Origin: Vibrio vulnificus CMCP6
GTDB lineage: Bacteria; Pseudomonadota; Gammaproteobacteria; Enterobacterales; Vibrionaceae
Length of the DNA stretch: 32,000 bases
Direction of reading: 5' to 3'
Assembly (NCBI RefSeq): GCF_000039765.1
Contig: NC_004459.3
Location: forward strand, 1,170,001 to 1,202,000
Shown: in pieces, positions 1 through 12,468 of the stretch
Position numbering within the stretch: position 1 is the first letter of the stretch
Layout of the letters: each line of letters opens with the position of its first letter
Notes under the pieces: generated by a model
What the model was told of the DNA's origin: nothing
Database searches by the model: none
What the model saw: the letters and a program-made list of their open reading frames with translations, nothing else
Translations under genes and position numbers: made by a program

Positions 1-45
1 CAAAGTAAGTCAGGAAAGAGATGAAAGAAAGTTTGAAAAAAACGC

Positions 46-73
46 TTGACTCTCGAAAATAGCGTTGTAAGAT
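46..73 (+). promoter_or_regulatory. rrn P2-like sigma70 promoter
   Basis: TTGACT (46-51), 16-nt spacer, TAAGAT (68-73). It is followed by the GC-rich discriminator ACGCACCCC and preceded by an A-rich UP-like tract, about 200 nt upstream of 16S. Confidence 0.5.
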
Positions 74-119
74 ACGCACCCCTAACGAGGCGGTGGCAAA
101 GCCACTAAGAAAGTTAGAA

Positions 120-131
120 GCTCTTTAACAA
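120..131 (+). promoter_or_regulatory. rrn leader boxA antitermination element
   Basis: GCTCTTTAACAA matches the rrn boxA consensus (TGCTCTTTAACAA) and sits in the 16S leader. Confidence 0.6.
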
Positions 132-279
132 TTTAAACCTATCAATCTGTGTGGGCACTCGTTGATGATAATCCAAAAGATTTATCAATGAACTGAGTGA
201 CCAAAACGATACTAAGTATCGGCACAGTCAATTTATTCAGTATTCATTGAGCCGAAGCGAAAGCTTCAAAAAAACTTTT

Positions 280-1821
<1,542 letters not shown>

Positions 1822-1888
1822 TACGATGATTATTGCGATGAGTGTTCACACAGATTGATATGGTTTAGAAAGTTTAGAGTATCTTAGT

Positions 1889-1964
1889 GTCCCGTTCGTC
1901 TAGAGGCCTAGGACACCGCCCTTTCACGGCGGTAACAGGGGTTCGACTCCCCTACGGGATACCA
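1889..1964 (+). tRNA. tRNA-Glu (anticodon UUC)
   Basis: 76-nt cloverleaf with anticodon loop CTTTCAC and encoded CCA. It is near-identical to E. coli tRNA-Glu except for positions 6:67 and 72-73. Confidence 0.93.
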
Positions 1965-1965
1965 T

Positions 1966-2041
1966 GGGTCGTTAGCTCAGTTGGTAGAGCAGTTGACTTT
2001 TAATCAATTGGTCGCAGGTTCGAATCCTGCACGACCCACCA
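1966..2041 (+). tRNA. tRNA-Lys (anticodon UUU)
   Basis: 76 nt, GGGTCGTTAGCTCAG...CTTTTAA...CACGACCCACCA, matching enterobacterial tRNA-Lys as I recall it. Confidence 0.96.
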
Positions 2042-2069
2042 TTTCCTTCCACGGGAAAACAAATAATGT

Positions 2070-2145
2070 GGGCGATTAGCTCAGTTGGGAGAGCACCTGC
2101 CTTACAAGCAGGGGGTCACTGGTTCGAACCCGGTATCGCCCACCA
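2070..2145 (+). tRNA. tRNA-Val (anticodon UAC)
   Basis: 76 nt. The acceptor GGGCGAT/ATCGCCC pairs, the anticodon loop is CTTACAA, and CCA is encoded. Confidence 0.94.
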
Positions 2146-2193
2146 TCTTTAAGCATTCTTGCGAGTGTGTTTAAAAATGGTTTCGAAAGAAAT

Positions 2194-2206
2194 CTGCTCT
2201 TTAACA
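2194..2206 (+). promoter_or_regulatory. spacer boxA antitermination element
   Basis: TGCTCTTTAACAA in the 16S-23S spacer upstream of 23S is an exact boxA consensus. Confidence 0.65.
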
Positions 2207-2422
2207 ATTTGGAAAGCTGACAAAACAACAATTTATTGTTGTTTGTAAAGTTCTCAATGTTTGTCTTTAGGACAAACACCAACAAACACATTCAAGTGTT
2301 CTTGGGAAGGTCACTTTTAGTGACTATTCGAAATTGAGTCCGGCAAAATCAACGCTATCTCGCTCATTCAAATAATGAGATAGCAACTTTGGTTGTTTAA
2401 CAAAGACCCTTTGGGGTTGTAT

Positions 2423-5310
<2,888 letters not shown>

Positions 5311-5431
5311 ACAACACCCAAAGGGTTTTGATGGACTCGATGTAAGAACATTGAATGTGTAGAGAACATAAACAGCTTTCCAGATTTTTTGCTTTCACTT
5401 TTTTAGAAAAAGTGAAGACAAAAACAGAATT

Positions 5432-5551
5432 TGCTTGGCGACCATAGCGTTTTGGACCCACCTGAATCCATTCCGAACTCAGAAGTGAAACGAAATAGCG
5501 TCGATGGTAGTGTGGGGTTTCCCCATGTGAGAGTAGAACATCGCCAGGCTT
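5432..5551 (+). rRNA. rrf: 5S ribosomal RNA
   Basis: 120 nt, TGCTTGGCGACCATAGCG...CCGAACTCAGAAGTGAAAC...GCCAGGCTT, collinear with E. coli 5S. Confidence 0.97.
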
Positions 5552-5580
5552 TTAATTTAGACTTTAGGTCTAACCAGTGC

Positions 5581-5657
5581 GGAGCGGTAGTTCAGTTGGT
5601 TAGAATACCGGCCTGTCACGCCGGGGGTCGCGGGTTCGAGTCCCGTCCGCTCCGCCA
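5581..5657 (+). tRNA. tRNA-Asp (anticodon GUC)
   Basis: 77 nt, GGAGCGGTAGTTCAG...CTGTCAC...GTCCGCTCCGCCA. This is the distal rrn tRNA, as in several enterobacterial rrn operons. Confidence 0.96.
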
Positions 5658-5665
5658 CTTATTCC

Positions 5666-5697
5666 AGACCTCAGCAGAAATGCTGAGGTCTTTTTGT
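5666..5697 (+). terminator. rho-independent terminator of the rrn operon
   Basis: Stem AGACCTCAGCA / TGCTGAGGTCT with a GAAA loop, followed by TTTTTG. Confidence 0.85.
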
Positions 5698-5701
5698 ATC
5701 G

Positions 5702-6032
5702 GTTGTATTATACCAATCTGGAAAATTAACTGGTCAGGTCTATCCATCTTCTCGAGCACATCTGTCTGACTCTGGCCGAACATTCCAAAAAACTATTCCA
5801 AGCCCTACATACTTTGGAGACAATGTCTTCGTAATCCGCAAAAGATTGATTGGCGAGGTAGTGTTGTCTTATACCAATCTGGAAAATTAACTGGTCAGGT
5901 CTATCCAGCTTCTCGAGCACATTTGTCTGACTCTGGCCGAACATTCCAAAAAACTATTCCAAGCCCTACATACTTTGGAGACAATGTCTTCGTAATCCGC
6001 AAAAGATTGATTGGCGAGAGAGTGTTGTCTTA
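5702..6032. repeat. tandem direct duplication (2 x 161 bp plus a third 9-bp boundary repeat) of the IS630 transposase 3' end and terminus
   Basis: Unit 1 (5702-5862) and unit 2 (5863-6023) differ at 5 positions by my alignment. Each unit starts with GTTGT(A/C)TTA, and that 9-mer recurs at 6024-6032. Confidence 0.9.
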
Positions 6033-6795
6033 ACCAACTCCACACTTGTTCTATTGGGTTTAGCTCTGGTGAATATGGCGGGAGCTTGATGATACTGACA
6101 TTGTCAAATGGCTCAGCAATGTCATTTGTATGCCAACCCGCGCCATCCATAATGACCACTGCGTGACGACCTTTTTCGGTCACCGCGGAGAGCTGCTTCA
6201 GATGCTCAACCATAATGTTCTTGTTAACCCAAGGAACGACCATTGCCTCACCAATACCTCTAGCGGGGCATACTGAGCCAAACAAATACGCATATTCAAA
6301 CTGCTGCTGTTTTACCACTCTTGGTCTTGAGCCACGCTCAGCCCAAAGTCGAGTTGTCGTGTTTTGCTGGCCAAATCTTGCTTCATCTTGAAACCAGACA
6401 TCGACGTTATCAAGCCCCATGTGGCCGGGGATCTTAAGGATCGTTTCAATTTTGAATTTTTTTAAAATCGTCTTGGATTTGCTGGGATTGACGAGGGTGC
6501 TTGGAGCGTGAAGTTATCCAAGCAAAGCCCATATGGTTGAGCAAGTAGTAGATCGAATCTGGGTGGTAGTGTTTGCCAAATTCATTAACGATATAAGCAT
6601 GAATATCGTTACCAGTTAATCGACCGCCAGACGAATCCATCGCTCGAGCTTTTATATACTGACTTAATTGCTCTCGCTGCTCCGCGTTAAGAAATGCTGG
6701 GCGACCCGTTCCTGGTTTTTCCCTCACTCCTTCTTATCCTTGCTAGATGGCTATTAAATATCGCGGGAGTTTGCCGTCATTCGGGGAGTTCCACA
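5711..6795 (-). mobile_element. IS630-family insertion sequence remnant (rearranged; left boundary uncertain)
   Basis: It encodes a DDE transposase with the hallmark WFQDEARFG ... VIMDGAGWH ... PPYSPELNPIEQVW. The terminus TA|TACCAATCTGGAAAATTAAC occurs twice. No matching inverted repeat was found at the transposase-5' side. Confidence 0.7.
5887..6727 (-). pseudogene. IS630-family transposase, split into two frames (6446-6727 HTH part; 5887-6420 DDE part) and lacking the usual N-terminal HTH1
   Basis: The two ORFs are offset by +1, with an A7 run (plus-strand T7 at 6457-6463) in the overlap. The upstream ORF begins at a GTG immediately before the GRP motif. Confidence 0.75.
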
Positions 6796-6825
6796 TATAA
6801 AAAAGCCCAACGTGTCGTTGGGCTT
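6796..6825 (-). terminator. rho-independent terminator of pssA
   Basis: Stem AAGCCCAACG / CGTTGGGCTT, followed on the minus strand by TTTTTTATAT, about 30 nt after the pssA stop. Confidence 0.8.
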
Positions 6826-6853
6826 AAGTAGTGTTTTAAATGTGCTGTCAATG

Positions 6854-8194
6854 CTAGAGAATTCTCTTTAGTACGCCATCGGCTTTAATGCGAGTGATCT
6901 TTCGGACTAACTTCTGAACCACTTCCGGATATTCTTCGACTTTCTCAAGTTGTTTGTATGTACAAATTAACTGAGTGTGCTGGAGAATATTGTCGACCTC
7001 AGAATCAAACTGTTCTGTTAGTTGCGCAAAATCATCTCGGATCAACAAACCATTTTCGAGATCCAACGCCCAAGCCCTAGGATTGAGATTGTTTCCTGTC
7101 AGCAGCATGTAGCGTTTATCAACCCAAATGCCTTTAAGATGGAAGCTGTTATCGCCATCTTTCCAGAGTCGAATAGAAAGGTTTCTTGCTGCTATTTGAG
7201 CTTCATAAGCTTTAGCAAACTTGCGTAGGTTCAGCTCATATAAATAGGGTAAACCACCAATCGTCTTGAATTCTTTGTCTGGTGCGATGTAAAAGTCGTT
7301 AGCGGTCTTATCGCCTACAACAATCGTCACCTTTACGCCACGTTTTAACGCACGTTTCACGCCCTTCGCGATATCTTTAGGAAAGTTGAAGTAGGGCGTA
7401 CATATGAATATTTCACTTTGAGCTGCATCAATCAACTTAGCGATGTTTTGATTGAGGAAATTACGCCTCTTTCCTAAGCCAACCATGGGGGTGATGGAAA
7501 ATTGATGTTCGGCAGCCTCTTGAGATTCAAAGCGATACTTAGCGCGAGCTAACGCTGATCGAAATTGACGAATTGCGGTCTTAATTTCTTTGGTTTCGGG
7601 GCGATCTTCTTTTGCCAAATCATTCACGGCAGGGTGCGCTATCATTTCGTTCTGGACGAAATTGAACATGGTGTCTGCAAGAGATTCATTATGAATGACG
7701 TGGTATCGATCAAAGCGATAACGCTCACTGTACTGAAGGTAGACGTTGTTTAGGCTCGCTCCGCTGTAAATCACCGTATCGTCGACAATGAAGCCTTTTA
7801 GATGGAGTACACCAAAGACTTCCCTACCGCGAACTGGAATGCCGTAAACAGGGATTTTGTGTTGATATTTGTTCGCAAACGCTTTGTAAAGCGCAGCATT
7901 ACCTTCAGATTTTTCAGCACCGATCAAGCCACGTTGTGCTCGGTGCCAATCAACGCATACGCTGATATCTAAACCCGGATTGCGTTGCTTAGCTTCGTAT
8001 AGCGCTGTCAGTATTTCTCGCCCGGCCTCATCATCTTCGAGATACAAAGCCACTAGGCAGATACGAGAGGTCGCTTTTGCGATCGCATCTATCAAGCGAG
8101 TCCTGAAGTCTTTCGCTGTATGAAGAACTTCCAGAGCATCAGCATCCACAGCAATGCTGGGCAGCTGTGCAAAAGGATTCCTGCTAGCCATCAT
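6854..8194 (-). CDS. pssA: CDP-diacylglycerol--serine O-phosphatidyltransferase (phosphatidylserine synthase, PLD-type)
   Basis: Collinear with E. coli PssA (RICLVALYLEDD, VDWHRAQRG, LHLKGFIVDD, GDKTANDFYI, HLKGIWVD, LTGNNLNPRAW). The ORF-track start at 8263 is a TTG. The ATG at 8194 has an upstream GAAGG and fits the E. coli N-terminus better. Confidence 0.93.
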   Translation of the reverse strand: MMASRNPFAQLPSIAVDADALEVLHTAKDFRTRLIDAIAKATSRICLVALYLEDDEAGREILTALYEAKQRNPGLDISVCVDWHRAQRGLIGAEKSEGNAALYKAFANKYQHKIPVYGIPVRGREVFGVLHLKGFIVDDTVIYSGASLNNVYLQYSERYRFDRYHVIHNESLADTMFNFVQNEMIAHPAVNDLAKEDRPETKEIKTAIRQFRSALARAKYRFESQEAAEHQFSITPMVGLGKRRNFLNQNIAKLIDAAQSEIFICTPYFNFPKDIAKGVKRALKRGVKVTIVVGDKTANDFYIAPDKEFKTIGGLPYLYELNLRKFAKAYEAQIAARNLSIRLWKDGDNSFHLKGIWVDKRYMLLTGNNLNPRAWALDLENGLLIRDDFAQLTEQFDSEVDNILQHTQLICTYKQLEKVEEYPEVVQKLVRKITRIKADGVLKRIL

Positions 8195-8238
8195 ATGGGG
8201 TGTATTACCTTCGTTATGTGCAGTATTGCAAGCTGCCG

Positions 8239-8247
8239 ATTCTACCA
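8239..8247 (-). promoter_or_regulatory. candidate extended -10 promoter for pssA
   Basis: The minus strand reads TGGTAGAAT (TGn + TAGAAT), about 45 nt upstream of the ATG at 8194. No good -35 is present. Confidence 0.35.
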
Positions 8248-8283
8248 AATTTATTAAATCCAATACCAGAAAAGCGCGAATTC

Positions 8284-8721
8284 TTAGCGGATTTGTGCTT
8301 GATATTGCATAGGAACGAGATCTTTGCCACTTTCTGAATAGCGTAGAAACTTTTGTTTCAGTGAGTTAGGCAACTGTTCGGACGAAACCGTCACGAACGA
8401 ATGTTGAGCATAAAAAGGTTCGAGGTGTCGATAAGCAAAGCAAAAGACCTTTTCGTTGAGAAGCTCTTCAGCACAGTACTTGAGCAAGCAATGCGCGATC
8501 CCTTTTTCTCGCTGGCTGGGTATGACCAGCATGCCGGTCATCAGTTGATGTTCTTCAACCCGACGAAAGCGTACAACGCCAATGGTCTGCTTATCTTGAA
8601 TTGCTACGACAATCTGCTCATCTTTTTTTACCTTCGTGCCCGGATAATGGGCCTTATAGAGCTTTTTGATGATAGGAACTTTGATGGGGTCCAGTACTTC
8701 AAAGTGAATTGAATGTGTCAT
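8284..8721 (-). CDS. GNAT-family N-acetyltransferase (small, about 145 aa)
   Basis: The acetyl-CoA binding-type segment LVIPSQREKGIAHCLLKY matches the GNAT motif A pattern (Q/R-x-x-G-x-A/G). The ORF-track start at 8760 is a TTG, and the ATG at 8721 leaves room for the divergent murB promoter. Confidence 0.7.
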   Translation of the reverse strand: MTHSIHFEVLDPIKVPIIKKLYKAHYPGTKVKKDEQIVVAIQDKQTIGVVRFRRVEEHQLMTGMLVIPSQREKGIAHCLLKYCAEELLNEKVFCFAYRHLEPFYAQHSFVTVSSEQLPNSLKQKFLRYSESGKDLVPMQYQAQIR

Positions 8722-8784
8722 GGCACTGTGCCTGCGGGATAAGTGTTGTAGAATGGGCAAAGTTTAAGTTAATACGTTGATGCT

Positions 8785-9828
8785 ATGCAAATTAAGCAAA
8801 ATATCTCTTTAAAGCCGTACCATACTTTCGCCATTGAGCAATGTAGCCATTATCTGGTTGAGGTGGGTAGTGTGGATGAACTCGTCGACATCTACGCCAA
8901 CCCAGATTTCCGTGAGTTGCCAAAGCTCATTCTTGGCAGTGGCAGCAATGTGCTCTTTACCCAGCCTTTTTCTGGTGTCGTGGTGGTGAATCGTCTTTCT
9001 GGCAAAACGTTAAGTGAGGACGAATCGTTTTACTATATCCACGCTGAGGGGGGAGAGGATTGGCCCAACTTGGTGGAGTGGTGTGTTCAACAAGGGATTG
9101 GTGGTTTAGAGAACCTTGCCTTGATTCCTGGTTGTGCAGGCTCGGCACCGATTCAGAATATCGGTGCTTATGGGGTTGAATTTAAGGATGTGTGCCAGTA
9201 CGTGGATATTTTGATGCTGGACGATTTTTCTCAACGTCGCCTCAGTGCTGAAGAGTGTCAATTTGGCTATCGTGACTCAGTATTTAAGCATGCCCTCTAT
9301 AATCAATGCGTAGTGATCGCGGTGGGGTTAAAATTGCCTAAAACGTGGCAAGCGAATAACAGTTACGGCCCGTTGCAGGAAATTGCAGAGCATGAACTTT
9401 CACCAATGAGTATCTTTCACAAAGTTTGTGAAGTTCGTAGAGAGAAATTGCCAGATCCAAAGCAGATCGGCAATGCTGGCAGCTTTTTTAAAAACCCCAT
9501 TATCGATAAAGCCCATTGGCAGCAGCTAAAAGCTCAGTTTCCTAACATCGTTGCGTATCCTGCTGGTGAACAGATGAAAGTAGCCGCTGGATGGTTGATT
9601 GACCAGTGCGATTTTAAAGGGGTGCAAGTTGGTGGTGCTCAAGTGCACCCGAAACAAGCGTTAGTGTTGACTAATGCGCAGTCATGTACCGCGCAAGATA
9701 TCATCCAGTTGGCCAGCCTTATTTGCGATGCGGTGTGGGACAAATATCAGATTGCACTTGAACATGAAGTTCGCTTTATCAGTACTGTCGGTGAGACCTG
9801 TTTAAGTGAGCTAAGAGTAGAGTCATGA
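8785..9828 (+). CDS. murB: UDP-N-acetylenolpyruvoylglucosamine reductase
   Basis: Collinear with E. coli MurB (ILGSGSNVLF, GLENLALIPGCAGSAPIQNIGAYG, GNAGSFFKNP, AAGWLIDQC). Confidence 0.96.
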   Translation: MQIKQNISLKPYHTFAIEQCSHYLVEVGSVDELVDIYANPDFRELPKLILGSGSNVLFTQPFSGVVVVNRLSGKTLSEDESFYYIHAEGGEDWPNLVEWCVQQGIGGLENLALIPGCAGSAPIQNIGAYGVEFKDVCQYVDILMLDDFSQRRLSAEECQFGYRDSVFKHALYNQCVVIAVGLKLPKTWQANNSYGPLQEIAEHELSPMSIFHKVCEVRREKLPDPKQIGNAGSFFKNPIIDKAHWQQLKAQFPNIVAYPAGEQMKVAAGWLIDQCDFKGVQVGGAQVHPKQALVLTNAQSCTAQDIIQLASLICDAVWDKYQIALEHEVRFISTVGETCLSELRVES

Positions 9829-10793
9829 GAAAAGAGCACGTTGTTAAACTGCATTTATTAAAACGCCTAGCCGATGGACAGTTTCATTCTGGAGAGACGT
9901 TGGGTCATGAACTTGGTATTTCTCGAGCGGCGATCTCAAAGCACATTAACGCATTGCAGGATTGGGGAGTCGATGTTTATCGAATTCAAGGGCGAGGCTA
10001 TCAACTGGCTCAGCCGATGACGCTGCTTGATGAGCATCAGCTGGTTGAGCAAAGTGCAAATAATGTTGAAGTGATCCCTGTGATTGACTCAACCAATCAG
10101 TATCTACTGGAACGTATTGAAAACCTTCAAACAGGCCATGTTTGTTTGGCTGAGTATCAATCACAAGGGCGAGGCCGACGAGGGCGGCAGTGGTTTTCGC
10201 CTTTTGGCTCCAACCTGTATATGTCGATGTACTGGCGTCTGGACGCTGGGATGGCAGCAGCGATGGGATTGAGTCTTGTTGTGGGGATTGCTGCGGTTGA
10301 AGCGTTGGAAACATTAGGGGTTCAAGGTGTGAAACTGAAGTGGCCTAATGATGTCTACTACCAAGATAAGAAATTGGCCGGAATTTTGGTCGAGATGACT
10401 GGCCAAGCCGGAGGCGCTGCTCACTTGGTGATTGGAATGGGTCTAAACATGCAAATGCAGGCAGATTGTCATTCCATTGATCAACCGTGGACAGCGCTCA
10501 GCCAGATTGAATCTGGAGCAAGGCTAGATCGAACAGAACTGGCTTTGACGTTAATGGCGAAATGGCGTGAAGCCCTTTCTGAGTATGAACAATGTGGTTT
10601 AAACGGCTTCATCGAGCGTTGGAATCGATTGGATAACTTTAAAGGCCGCCAAGTTAAGTTATTGATTGGCCCTAGAGAAATTCATGGTGAAGTTCAAGGC
10701 ATTGACAGTCAAGGTGGCGTTATTCTAAAAACCGTGGAAGGGATTCAAACATTTGTGGGTGGTGAAATCTCTTTGCGAGCTAACGATCAGTAA
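9825..10793 (+). CDS. birA: bifunctional biotin--[acetyl-CoA-carboxylase] ligase / biotin operon repressor
   Basis: N-terminal HTH (ISRAAISKHINALQDWG) and biotin-ligase motif GRGRRGRQW. It overlaps the murB stop by 4 bp (ATGA), the same gene order as E. coli. Confidence 0.95.
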   Translation: MRKEHVVKLHLLKRLADGQFHSGETLGHELGISRAAISKHINALQDWGVDVYRIQGRGYQLAQPMTLLDEHQLVEQSANNVEVIPVIDSTNQYLLERIENLQTGHVCLAEYQSQGRGRRGRQWFSPFGSNLYMSMYWRLDAGMAAAMGLSLVVGIAAVEALETLGVQGVKLKWPNDVYYQDKKLAGILVEMTGQAGGAAHLVIGMGLNMQMQADCHSIDQPWTALSQIESGARLDRTELALTLMAKWREALSEYEQCGLNGFIERWNRLDNFKGRQVKLLIGPREIHGEVQGIDSQGGVILKTVEGIQTFVGGEISLRANDQ

Positions 10794-10824
10794 CGAAATC
10801 GAATGGTATTCTGAGTCAGTGTCT

Positions 10825-11748
10825 CTATTTACGTAGCAGAATCTCTTCAACCAAGTGATTTGGGCCCTTGCGCAGAATCAGCTGAGCTCGCTCTTTGGTT
10901 GGCAAAATGTTTTCCGTTAAATTAATGCCGTTAATGTCTCGCCAAATCTGTTGCGCTTTCTCGATGGCTTGCTGCTCGCTAAGTTGAGTATAGTGACTAA
11001 AGTACGAGCCAGGTTGAGTAAACGCGCCTTTACGGAACTTGAGAAAGCGCTCCACATACCATTGTTCTATCGTATTGCTTTCAGCATCAACGTAAATTGA
11101 GAAATCGAGGAAATCAGAAACAAAAACACGATGAGGATCGTGTGGATAGTCCATGCCACTTTGCAGCACATTCAATCCTTCGATGATCAAAACATCGGGG
11201 CGATCTACTTTCTTTACTTCCTCCGTAATGTCGTAAGTAATATGCGAGTAAACAGGAACCTCAAGCTCCGGTTTACCTGCTTTGACATCAGAGACAAATT
11301 GCACCAGCTTCTTCATATCATAAGATTCTGGAAAGCCTTTCTTATGCATGATACCGCGTTGATCCAGCTCTTTCTTTGGATAGAGAAAACCATCAGTGGT
11401 GACCAGTTCGACTTTTGGATGATTTTCCCAGCGAGAGAGTAGAGCACATAAGACCCGAGCGGTGGTGCTCTTACCTACAGCCACACTGCCTGCGATACCG
11501 ATGACGAAAGGAGGAGCGTGTTCATCATTATTCAAAAACTGATGGAGCACCGAATTGCGGCTCTGCCTTGCCTGCACATAAAGATTCAATAATCGGGAAA
11601 GAGGGAGATACACTTCCACGGCTTCTTGCATGGTGAGATTTTCATTGATCCCTTGCAATGCTTTTAAGTCTTCTTCAGACAACGTCATTGGCACTGAATT
11701 ACGTAATTCAGACCAAGTCGCGCGACTAAATGACAAAAATGGGCTCAT
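10825..11748 (-). CDS. coaA: type I pantothenate kinase
   Basis: Collinear with E. coli CoaA ([18 protein letters not shown]-loop, [28 protein letters not shown]). The ORF-track start at 11790 is a TTG, whereas the ATG at 11748 is preceded by AGGAAG. Confidence 0.94.
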   Translation of the reverse strand: MSPFLSFSRATWSELRNSVPMTLSEEDLKALQGINENLTMQEAVEVYLPLSRLLNLYVQARQSRNSVLHQFLNNDEHAPPFVIGIAGSVAVGKSTTARVLCALLSRWENHPKVELVTTDGFLYPKKELDQRGIMHKKGFPESYDMKKLVQFVSDVKAGKPELEVPVYSHITYDITEEVKKVDRPDVLIIEGLNVLQSGMDYPHDPHRVFVSDFLDFSIYVDAESNTIEQWYVERFLKFRKGAFTQPGSYFSHYTQLSEQQAIEKAQQIWRDINGINLTENILPTKERAQLILRKGPNHLVEEILLRK

Positions 11749-11917
11749 ATGAACGCTTCCTTTCCATGTGAATCGTGAAAGAGAATGCAAAATACATCAT
11801 GAGTAACAGAAAGCAAATGACAATAGTGAATCCTCATTGAAAAAAGAGAGAATTGTGTGATTTTGCGTCAGGTGATTCTGTTTTATCAAAAAATCAGATT
11901 TTTTTGTAAAAAAGCTA

Positions 11918-11946
11918 TTGCAAGCAAAGAAATGATTCACTAGAAT
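11918..11946 (+). promoter_or_regulatory. sigma70 promoter of the tRNA-tuf operon
   Basis: TTGCAA (11918-11923), 17-nt spacer, TAGAAT (11941-11946). It has a GC-rich discriminator GCGCTCC and an AT-rich UP-like tract upstream. The first tRNA starts at 11960. Confidence 0.6.
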
Positions 11947-11959
11947 GCGCTCCACTTAT

Positions 11960-12035
<76 letters not shown>

Positions 12036-12082
12036 TTCTCTCCCACTTAATAGTGATTGTAGTGAGAATGGTTGAAAAATTT

Positions 12083-12167
<85 letters not shown>

Positions 12168-12202
12168 TATTCTTTAGGAAATAGCTCTCAGAGTTACGTG
12201 TT

Positions 12203-12277
<75 letters not shown>

Positions 12278-12291
12278 CTCACAATTTGAGT

Positions 12292-12367
<76 letters not shown>

Positions 12368-12468
12368 GCTCTCAAAGTTATTTCCTTTTGATATAAGATT
12401 TACCAATTATCTTTTTTGGTTGCGTGGTCAATTCGGGCCACCTAAATCCGTACCTAGAGGGACAACTC

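Noticed and set aside
5431-5769. 112-aa plus-strand ORF
   Set aside because: It reads straight through the 5S rRNA, tRNA-Asp and the rrn terminator, so it is not coding.
5726-5944. 72-aa minus-strand ORF resembling the transposase C-terminus
   Set aside because: It is an artefact of the 161-bp tandem duplication. It starts out of frame within unit 2 and reads through the unit-2 IS tip into the duplicated transposase 3' end in unit 1, so it is not an independent gene.
6770-6797. Possible second inverted repeat of the IS (minus strand TATATGTGGAAC versus terminus ATCTGGAAAA)
   Set aside because: Only an 8-nt patch (ATGTGGAA versus ATCTGGAA) matches and the register differs from the true tip. 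It would also imply a ~0.92-kb element, shorter than I expect for IS630-family members. I treated it as coincidence and left the boundary unresolved.
8195-8263. N-terminal extensions offered by the ORF track for pssA (8263), the GNAT gene (8760), coaA (11790) and tuf (12424)
   Set aside because: The pssA, GNAT and coaA extended starts are TTG codons. All four extensions add residues absent from the E. coli homologues. Internal ATGs with better SD spacing were preferred.
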